The notes under the pieces are model-generated. The model did not search any database, was not told the origin of the DNA, and saw nothing but the letters and a program-made list of their open reading frames with translations. Of a stretch of 64,000 bases of DNA, positions 53,801 through 64,000 are shown in pieces (within the stretch, counting starts at the first letter, position 1; the number at the start of each line of letters is the position of its first letter). The DNA lies in assembly GCA_951804945.1 (NCBI GenBank), contig OX638151.1, positions 63,922,001 through 63,986,000 of the forward strand, given 5' to 3'. The DNA comes from Podarcis cretensis. Taxonomy: Eukaryota. Made by a program: the position numbers and the translations under genes.

Positions 53801-56800
53801 AAGTCCTTCAATGCATGGACTTTCTATGACTCTCTGCAAATAACAAAAATAGATGATGTTGTTACATTCATTCTGAAAATTGTGGTGTCCCCCCGCCACA
53901 ATTATAGATACCAAGCTCTTAGTTTGCCTTGGGCCTTCAGGGCTGTGCCTATTCAGCTGTTAAGCCCAGAAATGTGTGCAACAAAGGCATCTGTGGGGAT
54001 TTAATCTATGCAAATGCATGTTCTATTAAATGCCCTAGTTATGCATCATGACGCCCTGAGACTGTCCCACCAGGAGAGTTCAAATTACACAAATGTGCTT
54101 GAAATTAATGAATACAGAGTAAGTCTGCAATGATATGTGTTACAATAGCCTTCATTTCACAAGAAGCCATCAAGTGTGTGATAACAAGGCAATCTGGGAG
54201 ATGGTATGAGGAGCCAAGAATATATGGCATATTTCCTGCAAACATTTATCCATACACAGTGGGTTTCCACTTTCTTGAGCAATTATCATCTAAGGCCCTT
54301 CTTTGTGTGCCTCCTCCATGAGAGGTCTGGAGGATGGCAACATGAAAATGGGCCTTTTCTGCAGTTGCTCCCTGTTTGTGGAATGCTCCCACCAGGGAGG
54401 CTTTCCTGGTGCCTTCATTATATAGCCTTAGGTGCCAGGCAAAAATGTTTCTCTATAGCCAGGTCTTTGGTTGGTTGAGCATTCTATGGCCTTTTAAATG
54501 TGTTTGTGGGAAGGGGTGTTATTGGTTGGTTTTTGCTTTTGTTTTATTATGTATTTTGTGTTCTCATTTTGTATTTTTATGTTGTGAACTGCCCTATGGT
54601 CTTCAAATGGAGAACAGTATACAAATTTAATGAAGGAGAAGGAGGGGGGGGGAGGAACAGGAACAACCTAGTTGAAAAAGCATGTATACCAACAAAGCCA
54701 AATTTCCAAAAAGCCTACAGTGAAGGCGTAAAAGTCACAACTTGCTTTTTATTTGTTGGTAAGATTTTTCTTGTGTACTTTTTGAAACACGTGGTCATTT
54801 ACTCCCTTGAATGAAGCAAAGACGATGTTTCATTTTAATTATAAGGTTAGCAGATGTCCCTGTTTCCCGGGGACAGTCCCCAGATTTACAAATCAGTCCC
54901 CATACAAAATCCATTGAAGTTGAAAAGTGTCCCCAGATTCATTGAAAAAAATCTGGTAACCTTATTTTAATATCACTTAGTGAAGTGAAGCCTTCAGAAC
55001 AATGTGTAATCCTGAAAGGGAGACTTGGCACTCACCTGTATGCTTCTGGAAAGGCTGAGATTTTTAATAAAGCAGGCAGCGTGACCTACAATCACTGGGT
55101 CCATTTTCCAGGTGAGCAGCAGCTTCCCTACCGCCTGCAGCACTTCATCACACATCAGTGCATCCTGCAAAGGGAAAGGTAGCCAGTGAGTAGCTGAAAT
55201 GAAGGCAGCAGAAGAGACATGGTTCTACCATACCACTGTGAATGGGACTAGAGATGGGTGATTGAGATATATAGATATCTATATCACTTAATTGTTAATA
55301 AAATCTCAAAGCAGGTAAAAAAAGAATAAAAACAATAATCAGTAAAAAACATCCCCAATTAAAACAAGTATTTAAAACATTTTTTAAAAAATTAAAAATC
55401 AGCAATAAACTAAAACCAGAAAACACATGCCAATATTCTGCATGTCCAGACAAACCTTTTGAAACAAACATGCTTTTCTTTTTTAAGCAGGCACCAAAAA
55501 GAGTAGAGAGAATGAATTACTAAGGAATCAAAGAGATATGCTTTAAGTTTTTAAAACTCTTTACATTTAGGATGAACTGCAACAAGTGTATGGCAATTTG
55601 GGAGCTACAAAGCTGGGATGGAGAATTATGAAAAGCTCCACAAATTGTTGTCTCTTTGTGTTTCAGTCCCAACTCAGGGCAGCAATGCAGAGAAATCAAG
55701 CCTCCACTACCTCCAAACCACATCAGATGATCTTGAAATGTGTGTGTGCATCCAATGGTACATGCAGGATTTGACTTTCCTGTTCCACCACAAACCTCCC
55801 ATGTTACAACCTCCATTCATTTTATTGATGCCTTTGTCCCACCATATAGAGACTCATATATCAATCCCACATCCGAATGCAGATGGCAAGTTTATATTAC
55901 AAAGATGTGGGGCTTTTCTGTTTGTTAAGGAATGAAGGTGCTATGAAGTCAACCAAACCCAAAGTCACCAAAGAACAAATGATTTCTTCTTCCCTAGGAA
56001 CACAGTGTAGTGTTGGTAACCACTGAAACATTAGTTCATCTTGATTGGAAATGTTAGCTTTGTCCCACAGTTTGTTTTCCTGCTGGGGTTCCCATGGAGA
56101 GCTCCTTTTCTCCTTCACTTGGAATTCAGGTCAGAGCAGAATGGGAATCCTTGAAAAGGTCTTTAAAAAAACAACCCCAGTCTGGAGGGCATTGAAACCA
56201 GTACTCTGGGCAAACCAAGATGAAAAGCTGACCCAACAGAAGACAATATAAACATCTCTACTGAGGATTAATTGTTCAGGTTTCCTCTGTCACAGAACAT
56301 TTTCTCCAATGCCAAAGCAGCTATACCATCCATCACAACCACAAATGGATATTTGCTACACAGAATGTGAATCTCAAGAAGACAAATTAGAACCCAATAT
56401 GATTATAATCAGAATTTGTTCCCAGCGCTCCCTTTCCAACCTTATTTCTGGATATGCACATCATCCCACACTTTCAAATGCATGCTGAAGCCTTTTCAGA
56501 ATGAATTTTGAATTATTGTCTACTGATCACCTGGCCGCGTCAATCTGTCATTTTAAATGTGTTACCTTTGATGAAACTTTCGTCCACTGTCATCTTTCAA
56601 GGTTGAGCTGCCTCGGAGCATTACGGCCATGCACATTTGACTAAAGCTTACAAGGCAAAGGGTAATATAAAACAGAAATGTGTACCTGGTTGTCTGGGTG
56701 CTGGGATAAAATCCGGAGAAGAATGATGGAATTGTGCTGAGTGTCTTTCCTGTTAGATGCCAGGAGAGGGAGCAGGTGAGACGGGATCTCCAAAGCAACG

Positions 56801-57185
56801 ATGCTGGTCTGACCACTCTCTGTTTGGAAAATGAGAAGGTTGCTCAAGGTCATGTGTGTAGATCAATAGAAGCTGCTTTGGAGAAAAGGATTTGTGAGAG
56901 AAAGGGGCCTCCTCTAGACTGACTCAATCAAGTCAGCTGGACTTCACAGATCAGGCAATGTTATGTTATGACAGTATAGAAGTTAAACTTTAGGTTCTGA
57001 TTTTAATGAAAAGTCAAAAGAAGATGAAGACAAGAGGGTTGGACTGGTGTTTGTAGAAAGGCACTGCTGGAAAGAATTTTCTTCAGAATCAGGGGACTGA
57101 AATTGATAGAAAGGGTACAAAGAGTTGTGTTTCTGTAACTTTGGTTGGGATTGTGGTTGTGCAAAATCAGCTGCTAGGCGCAAGT

Positions 57186-57217
<32 letters not shown>

Positions 57218-57365
57218 CAGTGCTTTTTTCGGGGGGAATGTATAGGGGCACTCTCATTTTCCTATTCATAGGAATACTATTGAAATACTGCCCCTCAATG
57301 CGGCCAAACGTAGATTCACAAAATGTTTAGGAGTATGCATGCCCCTGCGGCACCCCAGAAAAAGC

Positions 57366-57396
<31 letters not shown>

Positions 57397-60300
57397 CCTT
57401 ATTCTTGTCTACTTTATCTTCACAGAATTGACAGTTTAAGAATGGTAAAAGGAAGTGTATGGATTTGTAGTTATAATCCATATTAATGATCTTGCTTGTC
57501 GATTTAAAACACAGAGAGACATCTTTCATTACAAGCACATGAGCAAAAATGTCAGTGGCCAGGGATATTTTTCACCAACTCCTTCTTCAGTCTCTTTTCT
57601 CCTTTTCTAGATGGTGTAAAACTGCCACATGATCTTTCTCCTGCCCCAAACATCTGTGGCAGAAATGTGCCTTGAGCATTGTAAGGTATTGGTCAATCAA
57701 GTTTTACTAATCTTTACATCAGTCTGAATGCTGGATTGGTTTGCAGTCACCTTCTCTAAAAAACTGAACCCGTGATTGTTGGTATACTTTAGAACAACAG
57801 TACTGTCACTCTCACAGCCTCTGGTAACTGAAGGGTTCATTAACTTTCAAAAAAAAAAAAGTCACACCATCCACGCGCCTGAAACCAAAACATGGTATTC
57901 ATCTTACTTAAAAGAACAAAGAGTGACTTGAGGACATTCCTTCCAGAGGCTAGACTGTACAAAACACAGGAAGGAGGGGGGTTCTATTTTTGTATGTTTT
58001 AAGTGACTGCAATTTTTCGTTTATTAGCATGCTAGGACTGTAGTACTTACCACTCGCGGCTAAATTCCTGAGACAGACACAAGCCTGGTTGGAAACCTAG
58101 TTGCAGAAAACAAAGAAATCAGAACCCAACAGAGAAAGAACTTTTGGCTGTGAAAAGGCCACAAAGCTGACTGGTCCACAATAGCTTTGTGCAATACTTG
58201 CTAAACCTCCAAAATGTTCTGACAGGATTATGGGTCAATGATGGGTAAAGTTAAAATGTAAGCATGTCCTCTGTGGCAACATGAGGCAAAACTAAGCCTT
58301 TAAAGCCAACTGTGAGAGTGCCCCATAGATATCTGAGAGATACTCAAAAAAGCGCCACTTATGGGTGCCTAAAAGTACAAGGATGTGTAGCCTTTCAGAA
58401 GAACAAATTGCTCTTGGTTTAAGGTGCATACACACCATATATTTAAAACATATTTAAAACACATGACAATCCCCCCCAAAAAGGAAAGAATAATGGAGCT
58501 GTAGTTTAACAGTGCTACAAATGGAAGCTCTGTGAGGGGTAAACTACAGTGCTCAGAATACTCTGAGGGAAGTCACGTGCTTTAAATGCATGGTGTGTAT
58601 GCAGCCTTAGTGAACAATCCAGTTAATTTTGCATTTGTTTGGGAAGATCTGTAATTGTGAAATTTTACTCTCCACACTACCTCACAATCTTCTCCAGGCA
58701 GAGATTAGGAAAAAGCCCATCCCTATATTCCCAGGCCATCACTGTGAGAATGAAAATATTGAACCAAGAGATCTCACCATTATTTAAACATGGAATCCCC
58801 TCTGACTGTAGGAGATTCTGAGTTTGATCTCTTAGAAATTCATGGAAGATGCCACATCTAGCTAACTCCAGCCTTTGTGTATTCTTGTGCCCCCATGCTG
58901 AAGAAAGCATCTTTTCAGTCATTTCCCTATACACAAGATATTTAGCCTGCAGTCCTAAGCATACCTTACTTGGAAATACACCCCACTGGTATCAAAATAA
59001 TATTTCTGAATAAACCAGGGGGGCTGTTAGTAAAACAAACCTGCATAATCCACAGCTTTACCTTGTCCACAGATGAAGACAGAAGGAAAAGGAGCATCCG
59101 CAGAAGAAACCTATCACAGGTTTGGAGCATGGCTTTATGGTGCTGCGAGTTTGTGGCCATGTTGCTCAGAGCTGCACAGCTATAATACTGTAAGAAAGAG
59201 AAGTGTTGTGATTTTGAGAAAGGAAAGCTTGTGGCCAAGGATTCTTAAACTGTGGTCAAGACCTCACAGCGAATGAAAGGGACCATGACTGATGATGGCG
59301 TTCCTAGGGTGATAAAATTGAGAGAGTATTTACATACAGCATCTCCCTGCATTTTCTGGATTGGCACTGTAGTACACCTCCAGGAGTTTTGGGAATGTCC
59401 CAGGAAAAAAGAATATTTGTCCAACGAGACACAACTGTGATTGCTACAGTCCACACTGTGTAGAGAGTCTGGATGTCTAAGAGTCAAAAAAGGGGGACAA
59501 TACTGCATCGGTGAGATGACCAGATCCCTTTTCTTAACAAATCACTCACACACTATTTTGTCCCCTTCTGCTAGGCATACTGCATAGATTCTGCTAGGCA
59601 AATGGCATTCCTTGCATTCATAAAATACTCATCATGAGGCTGTTTACAATTCTCAGGAGTCATAGTAAGAACAGAATAAAAGTCTACACTCCAGTCATGT
59701 ATTTTACATGTTTGCATTTCTCTTGCACTAGCCTGTTTGAAGATGAGAAAGAAGTATTTGTTCAGTTCTTGAATCTCAAACAGGTTAGTGCCTATTAATA
59801 GCTATTTCCAAACAAAAGTTGAGAACAGAACTGAGGAACTGGAATACCCCCTGGCTATTTTCTTTAACCCTACAACAAATCTGAACTATGAAATGAGCAC
59901 CTTTCTTCAAGCTGCAATGACCTGTTTTTTCATTTCACTAAAAAGCTTAGCAGTTCATTTCCAAGGTGCACAAACATATGTAGTACCCCCCTCCAAGCAA
60001 AAGTATGTGCAACACCATTGAATTACTAATTTCTGGAAGTTAAAATGTTAAAAGACTACTGTCTCGTCTATCTTTTCCTGCATCTGTAGGTTCAGTTGAG
60101 CAGCTGACTATTTCCACAGCTTTGAATGCTCAAAAACTTCTGTTTTAATGTCAAGTTTACCTGTACTTCTGAATCGGGAGACTGTAACAAAAGGGTGAGG
60201 ACTGGAAGAGCACCTTGTCGAAACAAAATTTGCTGAATCCGTTCTGCAAGGGAAGAGTGGTATTGCTAATGAGCTATTTTGACCAAATGAACATTCTCCT

Positions 60301-63300
60301 TATCATCACTGCATAGATAAGAGCTAAAAATAGCATTTTCTGGGAATAAGCCCAATTGGAATCAATTGGCTTTCCCGCTGAGTAGACATGATTTAGCATT
60401 GTACTTGAAGTAAAACATTTCATTTTAAAGAAAACAATAGCTTTGACGATAAGTTTCCCTTGCCACAAATTTCTGTTTCAATGCACTTGGTCCATTGAAA
60501 TAAATCTCCTGCAGCCTAATACCTGATTGTGTGAGGTTAAAAATTGCTCCAACTGCATTTTGTTGGACTCTTGGATCATAGGATTTAGAAAGGGCCAGTA
60601 AGGGTACCACTCCTCCTGCTGCTGCGATGGCTTCATGGCTGACATCTGGCAAAACAACAGGGCAAAATAGAAATCAATGAGGTTTCTTTGGAGGAAGAAG
60701 TATCCATGTTCCTCCAGGCACACTTTAAAGAACAGAGAGTGGACAGCACAAAACAGTTGCAGCATATGAGTTGGGGGTCCTGGGTGCCTAGTGGCAGAAT
60801 GAATAATGTTAAGAGTTTACCATCAGGTTTTTGTGAAGAAGCTTATTGCTATAGGTCACCTTGAAGCAAAACCTGACTTTAGAAAGTACACTTCATCATT
60901 TATTAATATCTGAACCCAGGACTCCAAGGCCAACTTTATATTTCTTGCACAGTATGGGGCCAGTGACTAGGCAGTTCTTAGGCAATCCTGGAGGACTGCA
61001 TTGGCTCCACTTGTGTGTCTGTGAAGCACCAAGCGTGTCACCACCCAGAGCCATCCAGGTAAGCTGCAGTCAAACTGGTGTCAGAAGTGTGCCTCCACAA
61101 GCTCTGCCCCACTACACTGACCACGTCTAGTTATAGCATACCAATGTGAATAATCCACTCTGCTCGCAGAATTCAGCTCTTCTTGATTCAGAATTTCTAT
61201 AACGATAAGGCACATCATTACCTCTCAATCACAAGGTGTGGATGTGACATTGTCCCTGGACCTGATTATTGCGCTATGCTTTGGACATGCTCCTCACCTG
61301 TGACAGCTAGTGTCATTATGCATGCACAGGAATTACACTGGACTGTGGCATCTTCAGACTCAAGCAGTTCCAGAATTGGCTCAATTAGATCCATTTGGAC
61401 GACATGATCCTTGGTTACTGTTTGTCAGTAAAAGCAGGAGTAAATGTTATGTTTACAGTGCCTTTAATTCAGCTATATACTGGAGAGAGAAAAGGATTGC
61501 CATCAGCGCACAATATCACTAGTGCATCTTACACCGGAATAAATGATTTCTCACCCCTTTGGTACGAGAAGTAAGCAAAACCCATCCTCTGAATGAATGC
61601 TCCCCCCCCCCCCAAAAAAAACCACATTTTATCAGGGCAAACATCCATCCTACTGATTATCACTTTTTAGTATAGGAATTTATATCCTGCCCTTCAAATA
61701 AAATACCAGGGCAACTGGACAGTGGTAGTTCCTAAGATCACAGCTGATGCTGATGGAGACTTCAGGATATGGTATCTTGGGCATTTACTCACCACTTCCT
61801 TCCAGTAAGAAATTCACAAGGGACGACGATGAAATCTGCTGAACCTCCAAGTCATTAGACTTCAACAAAGCATAGTATATTTCCAGATGCTCTCGAGGCA
61901 GCTGGATGTTCACTGCAAGAATGAGATGAAATGCTGATTGCAAAAAGCTCTTCTGGAACACTTGTCCCTTACATCTTCAAACACTTGATGCTTTTGGAGC
62001 AACACCTAGATGGCCTACTTTGCCTTTCAAAATACCTTATAGCCCTCCTTTCAGCTGTCTGTGCAAACTCACGTGAAAACTAAACCTGTATTACTTATTT
62101 TTACTAGCCCCTCTTCTGCCAACCTCTCATATGAGTAAAAAGCCAGCTAGCACTCGCCCACCTCTATAAAATAATAAAATGGGAGACTAGTAACTGCAAA
62201 AGTTGTGCCACATTATCTGGGCTCCAAGTAAATATCCACAGAACTTGCATTAGAAGGGGCTAGACCCAATTCACACATGCTAGGGAACCAGTAAGACTGC
62301 CTTGGGCACAACTCAGCTACGTTTGGGAGAAATTGTTTTGCTTCTCCAGGTTTCTACATTTTTTTAAAAAAGAGAGTATGGAATGGATCTTACAGTTTTG
62401 ATGATTTATGTTCAAGTAATAGAGAGCAGCAGACTTTTGCAAGCCGGGGTTCTCTGAAAACGCCAAGGTCCTCAGAGCCTCTAGGGAGACCTTGCCAAGT
62501 GGTGACATTTCAAAACCTTAAGAAAGATGTGATAATAACAGAGTCTGAATTGTGTCAGAAGAAGTTAAATACCTGAAGAGTCCAAATGCACAGAATTTAA
62601 AGCAACAGATAAAACACGACAGAGACAAACTTCCATGTAGAAATATTCTCTCCTTTAAAATTAGCATACTAGATAGAGCTGAATTTTTGCAGTCCAAACC
62701 TCATGTGAGAAAAAAGTTGTTATATATGCCAGTTTGTGAGAGTAGTTGGGACATTCCAAACTTGGATTTCTGTTACTGTATTTAGCAAACCAGCTTAGCC
62801 ATGCTATTTCCTTGATTATCAAGGATGAAAACAAAAGATGGGAGCACTTAAGAGTTGGAAGAAGTGGACAGCATTCCATTTGATGTCTTTCTGTTTTCAA
62901 ATAATAAATTCAACTCCAATCCTCTAATACCTAATAGGTTTTTACAGAGAGTATTTCAATGTTGGCTTAGGAAAGTGCTCGTGCTTGTAGCAAAAGTACG
63001 ATATGTGTTTGTTAGTCTTTTAAGATGCCACAATATTTCTTGTTGCTTTTATGCAAGAGGCTAACAGGTCTACCCCTTGCTATGATGCCTTTTGTAGAAC
63101 TGGGATTTCAAATGCTGAATGAGAGTAATTTAATCAATCGGCCTGGAACTGGGATCCACTGCTTTGTCTGAATATTTGGTGCTGGTGAAATACTGGTTCC
63201 CCCATTCTCCCTTCATTGCTTATAAGAGCAGAAGCATAAACAGCTCTGTGTCATTCACTTTATACGATCACTGAACTGCATGATCTTAAACAAAGCAACC

Positions 63301-63587
63301 GAGCTCAAGTAAACATCTCTCCAACTTTGGCTGCCCCACCTTCATAACAGAAACTTCTCACCTCTTTCAATGTGCTGCAGAAACTCCTGAGCAATCTCCT
63401 CTTCCTGGGTCCGAAGGGCAGGCTTGTATAGCTGCTTTGTTTTAAAGTTTTTCCGTTTCAGACAGGGGCACTCATGGATCTGACCCAAGCACTCCTGAAT
63501 ATCCTGCACCAGACCCGAAGACAGTGTTTTTACTGAGAGAGCCAAGTCACAAAGCAACTGGACACACTTTGTACACAGCTGACCCAT
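50718..63587 (-). CDS. Vac8-like armadillo-repeat protein, complete 14-exon CDS, 1731 nt / 576 aa
   Basis: 14 GT-AG exons join in phase with no stop or frameshift. ATG is in good Kozak context (atcATGG). Translation is colinear with recalled yeast Vac8 (e.g. KSYDPRVQQNAVGAIFNLTQS vs [36 protein letters not shown] vs [15 protein letters not shown]). Confidence 0.92.
51688..51813 (-). CDS. Vac8-like exon 13: KEVVSLLKSHMSKVQQYLIKYLIHQENRFQHLGISTLCILQK
   Basis: gcacag/gtatgg, 126 nt; ORF 51620..51808. Confidence 0.9.
52885..53019 (-). CDS. Vac8-like exon 12: EGATVRMLELVDDSVVCSLATLAGQVEQAELSFHAALVIKHLLQH
   Basis: caccag/gtacgt, 135 nt; ORF 52787..53008. Confidence 0.88.
53716..53833 (-). CDS. 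Vac8-like exon 11: RVIESPCIEGLFQAVQSVDFLEEESLHCVMSSLVDLMKH
   Basis: ttgcag/gtaagg, 118 nt; ORF 53594..53914. Confidence 0.88.
54290..54630 (+). mobile_element. L2-like LINE 3' remnant (similar remnants near 1000-1200, 4400-4830 and 11500-11650)
   Basis: gggccttttctgcagttgctccctgtttgtggaatgctccc...tgtgaactgccctatgg...tatacaaattta. Confidence 0.5.
54842..54964. mobile_element. Short hAT-like MITE
   Basis: TIR TAAGGTTAGCAGAT ... ATCTGGTAACCTTA, with imperfect AT-rich 8-bp flanks. Confidence 0.7.
55036..55164 (-). CDS. Vac8-like exon 10: DALMCDEVLQAVGKLLLTWKMDPVIVGHAACFIKNLSLSRSIQ
   Basis: ttgcag/gtgagt, 129 nt. Confidence 0.9.
56686..56819 (-). CDS. Vac8-like exon 9: ESGQTSIVALEIPSHLLPLLASNRKDTQHNSIILLRILSQHPDNQ
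   Basis: aaacag/gtacac, 134 nt; ORF 56641..56853. Confidence 0.9.
58051..58096 (-). CDS. Vac8-like exon 8: [15 protein letters not shown]
   Basis: aactag/gtaagt, 46 nt, phase 0-1. Confidence 0.92.
58420..58609. mobile_element. Palindromic MITE remnant
   Basis: aaggtgcatacacaccatatatttaaa ... tttaaatgcatggtgtgtatgcagcctt. Confidence 0.65.
59062..59187 (-). CDS. Vac8-like exon 7: [42 protein letters not shown]
   Basis: ttacag/gtaaag, 126 nt; ORF 58966..59238. Confidence 0.94.
60161..60243 (-). CDS. Vac8-like exon 6: [28 protein letters not shown]
   Basis: ttgcag/gtaaac, 83 nt, phase 1-0. Confidence 0.93.
60523..60645 (-). CDS. Vac8-like exon 5: DVSHEAIAAAGGVVPLLALSKSYDPRVQQNAVGAIFNLTQS
   Basis: tgccag/gtatta, 123 nt; canonical ARM repeat; ORF 60425..60652. 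Confidence 0.95.
61298..61417 (-). CDS. Vac8-like exon 4: [40 protein letters not shown]
   Basis: aaacag/gtgagg, 120 nt. Confidence 0.92.
61793..61912 (-). CDS. Vac8-like exon 3: LNIQLPREHLEIYYALLKSNDLEVQQISSSSLVNFLLEGS
   Basis: ttgcag/gtgagt, 120 nt. Confidence 0.92.
62394..62516 (-). CDS. Vac8-like exon 2: GFEMSPLGKVSLEALRTLAFSENPGLQKSAALYYLNINHQN
   Basis: cttaag/gtaaga, 123 nt, phase 1-1. Confidence 0.92.
63362..63587 (-). CDS. Vac8-like exon 1: MGQLCTKCVQLLCDLALSVKTLSSGLVQDIQECLGQIHECPCLKRKNFKTKQLYKPALRTQEEEIAQEFLQHIER
   Basis: ATG 63587, donor gtgaga, 226 nt; ORF 63342..63587. Confidence 0.88.
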
Positions 63588-64000
63588 GATTAACTTTCGG
63601 ATCCAACAGAAAATCAGAAATGCAGACTGAGAGTTTGTACTGCCACTGTTGCTTCTGTGTTCCCTTGTACTGGCAGATTGCGATCTAGATAACTCAAAAA
63701 ATAATTATCTAGACAAGTTGGAAGGGAAAGCTACTGCTGCTTTCTGTGTTCAAGCAGCATGGCTGAGCAAAATCTAACCACTGTTCTCTCTTGCGAAGCA
63801 TAAGAAATACTTTTAAAACTTTAGGCTGCAGCCAGTGGTGATCACCTTTCCTCTATCTTAGGAAGGAGAAAAATTAGGCGGTCAAACAAAAACAGTACAT
63901 TCAGAATCCACCTCTGTTCTGTAGCAGAGAAATCATGTTTTGTAAGCCAAGAATAAGGTCAACTGTTTTGGAAGGCTAGCAGCACCAGCCTCTGGGATAA

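Noticed and set aside
56566-56640. Extra AG..GT-bounded exon in the Vac8-like gene
   Set aside because: It needs a 45-nt intron and introduces an in-frame TGA; exons 9 and 10 already join colinearly with Vac8.
50718-63587. Assigning a known symbol (ARMC3, ARMC4, ANKAR, KPNA, catenin) to the minus-strand gene
   Set aside because: Length, acylation-type N-terminus and C-terminus do not match those families as I recall them, and there is no IBB or ankyrin region. Symbol left blank.
50718-63587. Fungal contamination or recent horizontal transfer of VAC8
   Set aside because: 13 vertebrate-style introns contain squamate-type repeats, the gene is contiguous with MAP7, and the protein is highly diverged from yeast.
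63588-64000. Promoter of the Vac8-like gene
   Set aside because: No CpG island or convincing core motif is visible; the start site or a non-coding first exon may lie beyond the window.

Overview
Vertebrate genomic DNA, most likely a squamate (lacertid-type lizard), judged by a full-length Sauria SINE plus CR1/L2 remnants and mariner- and hAT-type MITEs. It holds two convergent multi-exon genes, both reconstructed by hand from GT-AG sites and reading phase. (1) + strand: MAP7 (ensconsin), from the exon matching human exon 2 (6227) to the stop codon (46196). It has a candidate extra 87-nt cassette exon and a tandem acceptor; exon 1 was not identified and is presumably upstream. (2) - strand: an intact 14-exon, 1731-nt CDS (63587->50718) encoding a 576-aa armadillo-repeat protein. 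By eye against the Vac8 sequence as I recall it, this protein is colinear end to end with yeast Vac8 (578 aa). It keeps an N-myristoylation/palmitoylation-type N-terminus, the ligand-binding cationic triad (R/R/K) and the Vac8-type C-terminal motif. This candidate vertebrate Vac8 orthologue is the main find. The rest is intronic repeats, microsatellites and one 143-nt N gap. Most entries in the supplied ORF track are spurious; some overlap real exons. No database searches were run, and all homology statements come from recalled sequences.
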